From: the human T2T-CHM13v2.0 reference genome, Homo sapiens
Assembly: GCF_009914755.1 (NCBI RefSeq)
Contig: NC_060931.1
Reading direction: 5' to 3' (one strand)
Length of the DNA stretch: 64,000 nt
The translations under genes were made by a program, and so were the position numbers. The first letter of the stretch is position 1; every line of letters starts with the position of its first letter. Below are positions 30,292 to 58,270 of the stretch, one piece after another. The notes under the pieces were generated by a model that saw nothing but the letters and a program-made list of their open reading frames with translations, was not told where the DNA came from and made no database searches.

Positions 30292-32316
30292 TTTTTATTT
30301 TTTTATTTTTTATTTATTTTTTTTATTGATCATTCTTGGGTGTTTCTCGCAGAGGGGAATTTGGCAGGGTCACAGGACAACAGTGGAGGGAAGGTCAGCA
30401 GACAAACAAGTGAACAAAGGTCTCTGGTTTTCTAGGCAGAGGACCCTGGGGCCTTCCGCAGTGTTTGTATCCCTGGGTACTTGAGATTAGGGAGTGGTGA
30501 TGACTCTTTTTTTTTTCTTTTTTTTTTTTTTATTTTTATTTTTTTTTATTGATCATTCTTGGGTGTTTCTCGCATAGGGGGATTTGGCAGGGTCATAGGA
30601 CAATAGTGGAGGGAAGTTCAGCAGATAAACAAGTGAACAAAGGTCTCTGGTTTTCCTAGGCAGAGGACCCTGCGGCCTACCGCAGTGTTTGTGTCCCTGG
30701 GTACTTGAGATTAGGGAGTGGTGATGACTCTTAACGAGCATGCTGCCTTCAAGCATCTGTTTAACAAAGCACATCTTGCACCGCCCTTAATCCATTTAAC
30801 CCTGAGTGGACACAGCACATGTTTCAGAGAGCACCGGGTTGGGGGCAAGGTCATAGATCAACAGCATCCCAAGGCAGAAGAATTTCTCCTAGTACAGAAC
30901 GAAATGGAGTCTCCCATGCCCGCCTCTTTCTACACAGACACAGCAACAATCTGATTTCCCCATCTTTTCCCCACATTTCCCCCCTCTCTATTGGACAAAA
31001 CCGCCATCGTCGTCATGGCCCGCTCCCAATGAGCTGTTGGGTACACCTCCCAGAGGGGGTGGCGGCCGGGCAGAGGGGCTCCCCACTTCCCAGAAGGGGT
31101 GGCCAGGCAGAGGTGCCCCCCTCCTCCCGGACGGGGCGGCTGGCCGGGCGGGGGCTGCCCCCCACCTCCCTCCCGGACGGGGCGGCTGGCCGGGCGGGGG
31201 CTGCCCCCCACCTCCCTCCCGGACGGGGCGGCTGGCCGGGCGGGGGCTGCCCCCCACCTCCCTCCCGGGTGGGGCGGCTGGCCGGGCGGGGGCTGCCCCC
31301 CACCTCCCTCCCGGGCGGGGCGGCTGCCGGGCAGAGACGCTCCTCACTTCCCAGATGCGGCGGCTGCCGGTTGGAGGGGCTCCTCACTTCTCAGACGGGG
31401 CGGCTGCCGGGCGGAGGGGCTCCTCACTTCTCAGACGGGGCGGCTGCCGGGCGGAGGGGCTCCTCACTTCTCAGACGGGGCGGCTGCCGGGCGGAGGGGC
31501 TCCTCACTTCTCAGATGGGGCGGCTGCCGGGCGGAGGGGCTCCTCACTTCTCAGATGGGGCGGCCAGGCAGAGACGCTCCTCAGCTCCCAGACAGGGTCG
31601 CGGCCCGGCAGAGGCACTCCTCACATCCCAGACGGGGCGGAGGGGCAGAGGTGCTCCCCACATCTCACGATGGGCGGCCGGGCAGAGACGCTCCTCACTT
31701 CCTAGACTGGATGGCGGCCGGGAAGAGGCACTCCTCACTTCCCAGACTGGGCAGCCGGGCAGAGGGGCTCCTTGCATCCCAGACGATGGGCAGCCGGGCA
31801 GAGACGCTCTTCACTTCCCAGACGGGGTGGCGGCCGGGCAGAGGCTGCAATCTCGGCACTTTGGGAGGCCAAGGCAGGCGGCTGGGAGGTGGAGGTTGTA
31901 GCTAGCCGAGATCACGCCACTGCACTCCAGCCTGGGCAACATTGAGCACTGAGTGAACGAGACTCCGTCTGCAATCCCGGCACCTCGGGAGGCCGAGGCT
32001 GGCAGATCACTCGCGGTTAGGAGCTGGAGACCAGCCCGGCCAACACAGCGAAACCCCGTCTCCACCAAAAAAATACGAAAACCAGTCAGGCGTGGCGGCG
32101 CGCGCCTGCAATCGCAGGCACTCGGCAGGCTGAGGCAGGAGAATCAGGCAGGGAGGTTGCAGTGAGCGGAGATGGCAGCAGTACAGTCCAGCTTCCGCTC
32201 GGCATCAGAGGGAGACCGTGGAAAGAGGGAGAGGGAGACCGTGGGGAGAGGGAGGGGGAGGGGGAGGGGGAGGGGGAGGGAGAGGGAGAGGGAGACTGTG
32301 GGGAGAGGGAGAGGGC
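30292..32316 (-). mobile_element. SVA retrotransposon (hexamer, Alu-like, VNTR, SINE-R, polyA), older A-C-like subfamily, with an extra SVA 3' segment
   Basis: (GGGAGA)n at ~32225-32316, GC-rich VNTR ~31050-31850, SINE-R 30550-31050, polyT tails; TSD TATTGATATCTTTTT at 30282-30296 and 32317-32331. Confidence 0.97.
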
Positions 32317-32859
32317 TATTGATATCTTTTTTACTTTCCGTACTTATGAGTACATTCCTACAATGTTATTTAAAACTATGCATTTATCAGTAAACATACA
32401 TGTATTTCAGAGATATACTGTAAACATACCATAAAGTATATATCCACTTTCCATGAGGTATTTATACAAAGGAAGGACCATGGATAAAATTTTTTTAGCA
32501 TTATATCAATTTTCCTGTTGGTCACTATTTCTATAATGGGTTCTTGGGGAGATTAGAATCTCCAGGATGATTTTTCAAACTCACATACCCAGGTATGTTA
32601 GTGCCCCTTACTGGGGCACTTGTAGTTTGTTAAAGTTTCCCAAACAATCTTGAAATTTTTTTTTCTCCTTCCTCCTTATCCACTTATTTCACTTGAGAAC
32701 CATTACTCTCTTTTAAGCTATCCAGATCTATGTCCTTAATCTAGCAGTAATTTATCAAAAACCCATATGATAAGAGAATTATTCTATAATGGTGTTGGTA
32801 AAGAAAATCTAAAATAGAAAAAACATGCCAACAATTGATTGGCTAATGAGGTGGGTGAT

Positions 32860-34862
<2,003 letters not shown>

Positions 34863-35855
34863 TATAAATAATATTTCTAAATAAGAAATTTCCCTGAAAC
34901 TTTTTGGCTCTTGGTATTAGGTATTAGGAAAGCCTAATACCCTCAAAAACTTTGGATGTTCATTCCACATTAGATATATGCCTGTCTTGCTTCAAATTAA
35001 TTTGAGGGAGGAGGAGGTAATTTTCCATTCACCAGACAGCAGCTCACTTCTACATGTCATCTACTCCTACATTCTCCTATCACATTGTAGATGTGAGGAA
35101 TTTCCAAGATGTTAGTTTGGCTGTCACGTGTGCTCATTGAGTTATATAGCTTCTGACACCAGTATGTATTTGCAAGCCCCAAATTCACATAAGGACTCAC
35201 ATTTTTATTTCTGAAAAATCTTTCTATGAGTAGATACCTGCTTTTAATCTGACATCCATCTGTTGTCTCTGGTTAGGTGTTCACAAACTATCAAGAAATA
35301 TATAAGAAAAATATCTGATTAGAAGAAACCATCTGCCATTTTTCCTTCCATGCTGAAGAATTAAGCATCTAACTGTAATATGGTTTGATAAAGGAGGGTG
35401 AAGGTTGATAAGATAAAAAAAAATTCAACCATAGTTGATATCAGATCCATCCAACATAGTTTAAAATCTACCAGAATTAGACCTAATCCTAACAATTACA
35501 AACATAGTTTATATAAGCGCAAAGTACCTGTATATGGGGGTAAAATTCTCTCATCTCTTTTCTGATCCTAGAGCAATAAGCTACACAAGAAAACTTGCCT
35601 GAATCAGGTTCCTGTGCTCATGTATCATCTTTCTAACCAACACATGCTGTAGGTAGAGTCTTCCAGGATTGGCAGCTGAGGGGGTTTTTAAACCATGGGC
35701 TTTGGAGACTTCAGTGTGTTAAGAAACAGGAAGGTGAGGAGGTATTATTTCATACAGGAAGGCCTCACCTAAACTGACCAACATTGACTTCCAGGCTTCT
35801 GTGGGAATTAAAGCCTTGTAGGTATTAAGATAATGATGGATGTTCCCTACTATAG

Positions 35856-35960
35856 GAAGCTGGAGACAACAGCCAGTTCTGCTGGAGGAACCTCTTTTCC
35901 TGCATCAACCTCCTGAGGCTGCTCAATAAACTGACCAAATGGAAACATTCCCGGACCATG
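35856..35960 (+). CDS. STRIP2: STRIP2 exon: EAGDNSQFCWRNLFSCINLLRLLNKLTKWKHSRTM
   Basis: ctatag acceptor, gtgagt donor, 105 bp. Confidence 0.96.
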
Positions 35961-36229
35961 GTGAGTGTGGTTTTTTACATCATGGAGTTGTCCATCTGAC
36001 TGAATTTTTAAAAGATCACTAGTAAATATTTGTGTGCTACCTGGTTTGTGATCTCCGTATATAGACACTGAATGCTACATAAGATTTAGCACCTCATAAT
36101 TCTGGGCACTTATTCTATATTAGATGATTACTTATCAGTCCATTTCTTTTCAGGGGGCTGAATCTCAAACCCTCCCTCAGGGCAACTCTAGCAGGGAAGC
36201 TAGCAATGTTGTTTGGATTACATACATTC

Positions 36230-37748
<1,519 letters not shown>

Positions 37749-37912
37749 CCCCTCTATATTCTTGAAGATTAAATCTAAGTAGAGCCTGGACCATAGATTC
37801 CTGAAAGCTCCCCAGGAATTTCTGAGGCTAGCTAGGTTTGGTTTAATTTGTCTGTAAACTGGAAATTCCAAGAAACGTTAGATCTTTACCCCACCCCTCT
37901 TTCAATGAACAG

Positions 37913-38117
37913 ATGCTGGTAGTGTTTAAATCGGCACCAATCTTAAAGCGGGCCCTCAAGGTCAAACAGGCCATGCTGCAACTTTATGTCCTAAAGCTAC
38001 TAAAGTTACAGACCAAGTACCTGGGGCGCCAATGGAGGAAAAGCAACATGAAAACCATGTCAGCCATTTACCAGAAAGTGCGTCACCGCATGAACGATGA
38101 CTGGGCTTACGGGAATG
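37913..38117 (+). CDS. STRIP2: STRIP2 penultimate exon: MLVVFKSAPILKRALKVKQAMLQLYVLKLLKLQTKYLGRQWRKSNMKTMSAIYQKVRHRMNDDWAYGN
   Basis: gaacag acceptor, gtgagt donor, 205 bp. Confidence 0.97.
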
Positions 38118-38804
38118 GTGAGTCTTCCCAAAGCTCTTGACTTCCTGGAGTTTCCTGGGGTTTAGACAAAACTAAATAAATATTTATCACTCCTCTTTTG
38201 GCATGAATTGTTACATATTTTAGATGAAAAAATATGTGATTATAGGTCAGGCGCTGATACACCAAACTTTAAGGTTATGCCTCAAATTCTAGTATGTACC
38301 CTTGTCCTATGTAAACTATGAAAATCCGTTTTATAAAACAAGTAAATTGAGAGATAATTAATTGCCTTTCCAAAACATTCTTTTAAATGACAGCTTTCTC
38401 CAAAAGATTTAAATTAAAACAACTTTTTATTATTACAAAGCAGTTAGAAAAAAAGATAGAAAATACAAGTAAACAAACATTTTACTATATTATATTTATG
38501 CCATATTTGTACTATGCAGAAATTGCCACCATTAACATCTTATTGTATATTCCTCCAGATCTTTTTCTATGCATATACATGCATATTTTATCAAAATGAA
38601 AGCAAGTTATGTATGCTATTTTGTAATTTTCTCTTTTAACATTATCTCTACCTTTTCATGTCAGTACATTTTCATTTCATCTAATAAAGTTCATATTCAC
38701 AATTTTCGAGTTGTCCCAAAATGTTCTTCATAGCTATTTTTCCAAGTCAGAATCCAATCCAGGACCACAGGTTGCATCCAGTTGTTATATATATGTTAAT
38801 TATT

Positions 38805-39153
<349 letters not shown>

Positions 39154-39574
39154 TAATTGAAGAACTAGGCCAGTTGTCCTGCAAAATACTCACATTCTGG
39201 ATTTGTCTGTTTTCTTCTTTGTGGTGTTATCTACTTTATTCGTCTATCTATGGTATTACCTGTAAACTTGAAGTTAAATCTAAAGGTTTGATGAATTCAA
39301 TTTAAACCTTTTTGGCTGCAGTATGTCCTAGGTAATCTTGGGAACTGTACATTGCCTCACATCAGAAGGCAAGATATTTGGTTAAACTACCAGAACTTGT
39401 AAGATTGATCAGAGTTTGGAAAAATTTATTTTGGAGAGCTTTTTTATTGTTTTGTATTTGACCATTATTTCCATAATTGTATTTGAGAATTTTTGGTAAT
39501 GACTTGTCTTTGCTGTGTTTGTAACCTGCTTGAATTTTAAAGGATGATGCAGTAAAGAGTTCAGATAACTCTAC

Positions 39575-39736
39575 TTACTTACCTGGCAGGGAAAATACCA
39601 TGATCATGAAGATGGTTTTCCCAGGACAAGTCTTATCCATTTTACTCCAGATATGCTGACCCCTGCTATTCCCCTAAATGTGGGAAACTCAACTGCATAA
39701 TTTGTGGTGCTGAGGGACTGTCTTTTCACTAAAAAA
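39575..39736 (+). pseudogene. U1 snRNA retro-pseudogene
   Basis: TACTTACCTGGCAGGGAAAATACCATGATCATGAAGATGGTTTTCCCAGG...TGCATAATTTGTGGT; short A tail; degenerate TSD aaagagttcagataact (39554-39570) / aaagggtttagagaact (39734-39750); no snRNA promoter evident. Confidence 0.93.
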
Positions 39737-40650
39737 GGGTTTAGAGAACTAAAGGAAACATATGATAGGCACATAACAAGCCAGGATGCAACTTCTGCTA
39801 TAAGACATAAAGCACAATTATCTATTAAATTCTTGTAAATTTTTAAAACACAAAAATGTTTTATCCTGCAAATGGCACATCTGTTGTTGCTGCCATTATG
39901 AGCCCAAACTCACACTACACTTCCTTATGATAAACCCTTGCATGTAGAACATGAGAGATCTGGGAGATTTGTATCTTCAGCCCTGAAATAAGTGTCTAAG
40001 TGAATAGAAGCGAAACAGATTATCTGTTTTCTGTTTTTACCTTCATTGAAGCCGTCACCTCATCATCTTAAAATAAGCTGACATATAGATTTATCATGTG
40101 CTGGAGGAGATTCCAGGGAATCAGGAAAATCTTCGGTAATTGGTCCATTCTGATTCTCCATGTTATACCCCTCTTGCCCCTTCCTATTCCTTGAAAGCTG
40201 GCTATTCCATTCAGATGGGACACTCATCCCCTAAGGAAAGCTGCATAAAAGGAATTTAATTACCCTTTTGGGAAACATAATACATATAACTAGTAATACA
40301 TAAAGCTAATAAGAAAGTGAAATAATAAAAAGGAAATACAATAGAAGAAGTCCACCTCCCTCTGGGCCCTCATTTCCTTTCTCATAGGTAACCACTATTA
40401 CCAGTTTCTAGACTACCCTTCCAAAGATAATTTCTGCATATACAAGCTTATGCATGTGGGCATATGTGTATTTTTTAAACCTAAGTGTCAGCATGCTGTA
40501 TACTAACTTCATACATTGCTCTTTACAAAAAAAAAAAAAAAAAAGAATTTCTGAGCAGTTCCATTTTTGGAATCCCATAGACCATGCTCTGTGATAAGAG
40601 GAGCAGTGTCTTGCATTGTATGTCTTCTTCTTCCTCTCTTTCCAACACAG

Positions 40651-40901
40651 ACATCGATGCCAGACCATGGGACTTCCAAGCAGAAGAATGTACCTTGAGG
40701 GCCAACATTGAGGCTTTTAACAGCCGTCGCTATGACAGACCCCAGGACTCTGAGTTTTCACCTGTGGATAACTGCTTGCAGAGCGTACTGGGGCAGAGGT
40801 TGGATCTGCCTGAAGATTTCCACTATTCATATGAGCTCTGGCTCGAGAGAGAGGTGTTTTCACAGCCCATCTGTTGGGAGGAGCTGCTCCAGAATCACTG
40901 A
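40651..40901 (+). CDS. STRIP2: STRIP2 last coding exon: (D)IDARPWDFQAEECTLRANIEAFNSRRY...WEELLQNH*
   Basis: acacag acceptor, TGA at 40899-40901; the 18 exons sum to 2231 nt with consistent phases. Confidence 0.97.
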
Positions 40902-43465
<2,564 letters not shown>

Positions 43466-43507
43466 TTTGGTGTTTAAATTCTTCAACACAAGAGAAACTC
43501 AAAGTCA

Positions 43508-43817
<310 letters not shown>

Positions 43818-43859
43818 GAAGGATATAATAAAGTTAATATATAAAATATTATTTTACCC

Positions 43860-44860
43860 CCAGAGTGTTCCCTGAGAATAGACTAATACAAGCAATAAAC
43901 TCCAGATCTTAGTGACTTTTGACAAACGTTTCTTGTTCATGGGTCTGGGAGTTAGCCGCAGCTCTGCTCGACTCACCTTGGCTTGCTTGGCTTGGCTCTG
44001 CTCCACAGTCTTCTTTCTCTGGCACTAGACTGATGGAATAGTTCCTACTTGGGACATACACTTTTTATAGTGAAGAGCAGGAGCAAGAGACAAACCATAC
44101 CATGCAAGCACATTCAGACTCCTGCTTGAATATGGTGTAAATCAAATTGTTCATATACCATTGACCAAAGCAAATCACATGGACAAGCCTAACATGAGAC
44201 TGGAGAAGCATACTCTACCTACAGAGTGGCAAACATGGATGGTATAATACTCTCATAAGTAGGGAAAGTGAATTGGTCATGAATATCTGCTCCTATATTA
44301 CACACAACACACAGCCCCTCCTCAAGGAAGACCAAAAATCTTATCCAGTCATGTGAGACCTAAATTCTAGGATCTCATCTAGATGAAGGTGTAGATGAAG
44401 TGTTTCTTGATCCTGTGACTTGTTAACTTAAACAACAAGATATATCTACCTAAAATGAACAACAGAGACCAACTCTCCAAAGCAGAGTTTATTTGGGAAT
44501 AGCAGGGGATTGCAATCTGGGATATGCATGCTATGGCAGACCACAGGCTCATCCAAAGGAGTTGTGGCAAAGGGGAAGCTTTTAAAAACAAAAAGAAGTC
44601 CACGTAAACTGTTTTGGAACAAAGACCATTGGTTACAGGGGCTTGTTGCAGAGTTGGCAATAGCTCATGGGTGGAGACATTCATTGTTAGTTGAGTATCC
44701 TTGTGTAAGTGACTTATCTGGAATACTGTGGTTTTGAGGAATTTTTTGCATAGTTCCCATCATAGGCATACTCGAATGAGGGCCCCTCCTCCATGGCCTC
44801 AGCTCCGTTTTGTTTGTTAGATTTGACATTAGTGACTCCATTTTGATAATTTTACAGTTA
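43860..44860. mobile_element. Old LTR fragments (MaLR/MLT1-like, then an ERV LTR-like segment)
   Basis: LTR-like motifs seen by eye; families not resolved. Confidence 0.45.
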
Positions 44861-45283
44861 ATGCATTGTGGTGGTCATTTCACAATGTATACATATATCA
44901 AAACAAGTTGTATTCCTTAATTATATAAAATTTGTGTCACTTTGATACCCAGGCTACATGAAGTATAAACCTATGTGAAGTATAAAACTTGCCACACTGG
45001 GACTCTGGGAACATAGGTGATAAGTATGTGTTTAGGGTGGTTTGCAGGGGCAAAGAAAGTCTTGACATGATTTCAGAAATCCTAGGCACACCAATTAACA
45101 TCTGCTTTACCTACAATAATAGGTCCAGGTCAGACTTTTTGATAATAGTGTAAGTGTGATAGAATGTTTTCTGTAGTAAAAGAATGTTTTACAAAATACA
45201 GAATTTTCTAAAAACATTTGTGAAACACCCAGTAGATTCTTTAGCAGCTGGTACTATTCTGACTTGTGGTTAATGCTAACACA

Positions 45284-45919
<636 letters not shown>

Positions 45920-45923
45920 ATAT

Positions 45924-46520
<597 letters not shown>

Positions 46521-46881
46521 TAGAGACCTCAAAAAGACATTTGAGAGTAAAAATGGCTACAGTATGATTTTATTATCTATACATTAAATATAAACTTTAT
46601 CTGCCTCTGAGTCTCCTCCTTTCCCATTTTCTCTGAACCAAAAAAAAAAAAAACAAAAAGAATGAAGAGAATAATTTACCTCCCTTATCTCACCACTCAA
46701 CACAGATTGTTTATATGGTGGTGGTTTAACAATATAAGGAAATGTGTAATCTATAAAATAGAGTAGAACAAAGAGATCAAAGCTCTATTGATATTGGTGA
46801 AGCATTGTAACAACATGCAAATTATTTCTGGAAATGTTGGTATAGGTAAGTCCCAATAGGTGATGTTTGGAAAACACATGA

Positions 46882-47620
<739 letters not shown>

Positions 47621-48247
47621 ACCCACTAACACTCATCAAAAATCTAACAAATAGCAACAATGATTCATTTACTCCCTCTCTGTCATCATTAGTAGTGTAA
47701 GGCAAGTCCCAGGAGAGGTTATTTTTAATTGAAAAATGCTTGCAACTGCAAATGTAGTCAAAGGAGATTCAAGAAAGATGTTCTGGCTTGGGTAGGGTAT
47801 ATGTCATGAAGAAGCAGGTATCCAGTTGAATAACACATTTCTGCATTTATTGGTATTTTAATTAAGAATATACAGGTTAAAAATTCAGAGGATACAAGAG
47901 TACACAATGAAAAATGTAATTTCCTCCCATCCAGATCCCTATCTTGTTCCCCAGAAGTAATGAGTATCAATATTTTTTTATCCTTTCAGAAAACTTCCAC
48001 AGTACTCATCCATCTCCTCCCTACCAACATTTTTTTTTACACAATTGGGAACACAAGACATGCTGTTCTATGTCTTTACCATTTGTCTTGGATATCTTTC
48101 CATATTAATATTCTCTCATATGACTATAAATTATTATACTCATTTAATAATATATGATTTTAATTACTTAATAAATAAGTCTTCCCTAACACCACCTTCA
48201 AATACTTTTCACCTAAGAAGGGTATAGATGGGAAGAATCATGTGTAG

Positions 48248-48249
<2 letters not shown>

Positions 48250-48287
<38 letters not shown>
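48250..48287. repeat. (TG)~19 microsatellite
   Basis: Read directly from the sequence. Confidence 0.95.
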
Positions 48288-48288
<1 letters not shown>

Positions 48289-49113
48289 TGGTGGGGATGG
48301 GGTTAAGGGAGATTCACTCAGTTCCCATAGCAATAGGTCAAAACAGTCTGACGTATCATTTCCTCCCAGCAGTTCTGGTTATTCAGACTCCCAAATCCTG
48401 TAAATGTAATGAGATGGTGCCCGAGTGTGCTATGGGGAGGTGTTCAGGCTGTTTGCTCCTGTAGTAATTAGCCAGATTTAAATTTCAAAAATCAAGAATT
48501 TTAAATTTTTACTTTTATTTTATAGAAAAGAAAATAACCAAAGTCTTTCTAGGGAACCGCAAGACTACAAAAGTCATCCCACCTCTGCTCAAACACCTTC
48601 AGGGAAAGTGACTTCTTTACTAAATAAGACAGTGCCATCTGTCCCCTTGCCTCCAAATGGAAACATTACTTCAAACATTCTGTAACTTTTTGTTCAAATG
48701 CTTAATGGAGCTGGCAGGACAAAGATCTTCCATGTGGATGCCTGTGAAAGTATGTCTTTACCAGAAGATAACATTTTACCCAGAAAGGCAGTACAGCATA
48801 ATGGCTCAGATAGAGGGTGCTAGACCCAACTTGGTGAGCTATTGTATCATGCTCTGCCTCTATTAGCTGTGTGATATGCGACAGATGATTTAGTCTCTCT
48901 ATGCTTCAGACTCCCCATCTGTAAAGTGGGGCTAATATTACTACTTACCTTCTATGGTTGTATTAAATGAGTATACATGATTTTTATACATAGTGCTTAG
49001 GAGAATGCTTACTAAATATGAGTGCCCAATAATTGCTATTATTTTTCCTACCTCATTCCCCTCCCTCTCAATCCCCCAGCAAGAATAATAAATAGCATTT
49101 TAACTCTCTAGAT

Positions 49114-50539
<1,426 letters not shown>

Positions 50540-51421
50540 CTAAGTCTGCCCCAGCTGGCCTTGTATCCCAAGGTCTTGCATTCTCACTGCTAGGACCCTA
50601 GTGGGTGAACAGAGGAAATGACCTACAAAGAACGGTTTATTTTTTCTGTAACTTCTTCTTTAATATAAGGACTATCAAGGGTGGGGCTATCATGAAATGA
50701 ATCCAGTGATATACTATTGCACTTAATGAAACAAAAAAAGAGAAAGAAAAAATAAAGGAAGGACAGAAAGAAGATGTCACCAGAGTAGAAAAGAGGAAAT
50801 AGGAATTTTTAAGTGTAACTTCTAAGAAAGATAGTGATAGAATATTCTAAGTTTGGATATTCTAAGAATGCATGCTTCAATTCTGGTAATTTTTAAAAAG
50901 AACAGCACAGTTAGCATTACTATTTATAAAGAAGACATAAGGATGTGTATTCATAAATAGATAAAATTAACTAGTGCTATTCTGATGTAAGAATGAATAG
51001 TTATCTAAATTTAACATCTTCCACTTTACACAGGAAGATTTGTTCAGTTCTTGTGGAATAAACATCTAAGGTCCTAAACATTAAGTGATTCTTAAGTAAA
51101 CTGGCATTTAAGACAAATGCATATGTAATCAATGATGTTCTGATACTAGCAAGAATCTGAACTATGTGCTATAACAAAGTCTACCATCCAGCCACCCACC
51201 TCAGCAGCTCTCCTTATCTCCCTGCAGATCAATGCTAAGGCTTTCTTCCGTGCAAAGGCTGAAGATCCATTTGGTTGATAGAAAACAGTCCTGCCACTGA
51301 AATTGTTTCAATCATCACTAGACCATTTTATATCCTGCCTGTCCACTGGCAAAACATGCTTTCTTGTACTTTATATCTTTTAAAGTAAGGCTTCTTGGAA
51401 ACACTTTAAATTCACACAGCA

Positions 51422-56976
<5,555 letters not shown>

Positions 56977-57279
56977 GGAATGACCAGTCATAAAAAAGAA
57001 TGAGTCGTACCACCCGAAGTGTAGACTTCACCTGCAGGGAGGGAGGCTGGAACTGGCAAGGTTGGAGGCAAAACTGTACCTACTGTACCTTTCTCGCCCA
57101 ATCCTACCTGCACATGAACTCCCTCCCCACCCCTTTAGTCTCTCGGGCCCTTACTCTCTTTATCCGGCTCTTTTGCAAACATTTCCCATGATATTCTCCC
57201 TTCACCGTCACAGTCCTTATGCTCGTTTCCCAAAAGAGCTTCTCCGATGATCTCTCCCAGGTTGGCCGAGTGAGCGGGC

Positions 57280-58270
57280 CTAGCCTGCGCTCTCACCCCA
57301 GTGCCACCCCAGTGGGAGCGCCGCCCGCGCCCGCCCCCTCGCCCCGCGCCCGCCCCCTCGCCCCGCGCCCGCCGCTCCGGCAGCCCAAACCCAGACGCTA
57401 AAGCGCCGAACTGGGTTTCCGGGCGCTGGAGGCCGCGGTCGGCCTCGTACTAGGTGACGGCCCATCCCGCGCGCGCAAGCCCGGAACCCCGCTCCGCTCA
57501 CCCTCCGCGCGCTGCCGCGTTGCCCTGGCAACGGTAACCACGGCGAGGCCCTGCCCCACGCCCGGTGATTGTGCGCGCGGCCCCGCCCCCGAGGCGCACG
57601 CCGGCCCAGCGCCCACAGCTGCGGCGGCCTAGGTGCCGCGTGGGGCAAGCAGGTGCCTCGCGTCCAGGCGGCTCCGCGGCTGGCTGCCTCCCGAGCCGGC
57701 CGCGCTCCTCCCAGCGAGGCGTGGCGGGGAGGCGTAGTGAGGCTGGGCCCGTGGCGGTTCCCTGAGGAGGGCCGAGAAGGGGCCGGGGGTGCTAGGGGAA
57801 CGGGCGCTGGGGGCAGCGGCCCCGGTGGATGCTAAGGGCTTCGGGATCGGGAGAGTCCACCACGCCTGCCTGCTCGGCTGAGAATCGCCATGGTAATCCC
57901 CGTCTCCCTAAAGTACCGGGGGCCAGGGCGCGCGCCGTGGAGCCCCAGGCTGTCCCGGAGAGGCGCGGGCGCCGAGGTCACCGCCTCTCCCTGGGGTCAA
58001 CCTCAACGCGTGGCGAAAAGATGGAGGGACAAGGGGTGCCCGGCGGTCCGCGCCTGCTGGGGGCGCAGCAGCCGCGGAGTCAGGCCAGCCGTCTTTCCAG
58101 GTTTTAGGTCGTGGTCCTGTTGAGCAGCCCCCACACCCAGACGGTTGATGTGGAAAATAAAGGGAGGGTGGCACCGTGGTGTGGCACGTCAGGGCGCCAG
58201 GCCATGCCCACAGTGACGGGTCCGAGCTGTTAGCTGCCGTAGCCACCCTGGGTGCCCGCGCGGGATTCTC
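57280..58270. promoter_or_regulatory. CpG-island promoter with GC boxes and an RFX X-box
   Basis: Very high GC and CpG density against CpG-depleted flanks; GTTGCCCTGGCAAC at 57519-57532. Confidence 0.92.
57540..57892 (+). other. SMKR1: Probable SMKR1 exon 1 (5' UTR plus the start ATG only, 57890-57892); the rest of the gene lies beyond the window
   Basis: Kozak-like GCCATG directly followed by GTAATC donor. Identity comes from recalled STRIP2-SMKR1 synteny at 7q32, not from protein sequence. TSS approximate. Confidence 0.6.

Noticed and set aside
31050-31850. Repeat array superficially resembling CRISPR
   Set aside because: It is the SVA VNTR: tandem ~40-bp units with no unique spacers, in eukaryotic DNA.
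30819-32434. Long overlapping ORFs (360, 268 and 222 aa) on both strands
   Set aside because: They arise from the stop-poor, GC-rich SVA VNTR and give repetitive low-complexity translations.
39575-39736. U1 copy as an independently transcribed snRNA gene
   Set aside because: A tail and TSD indicate retrotransposition, the 3' stem-loop is damaged, and no PSE or 3' box is evident.
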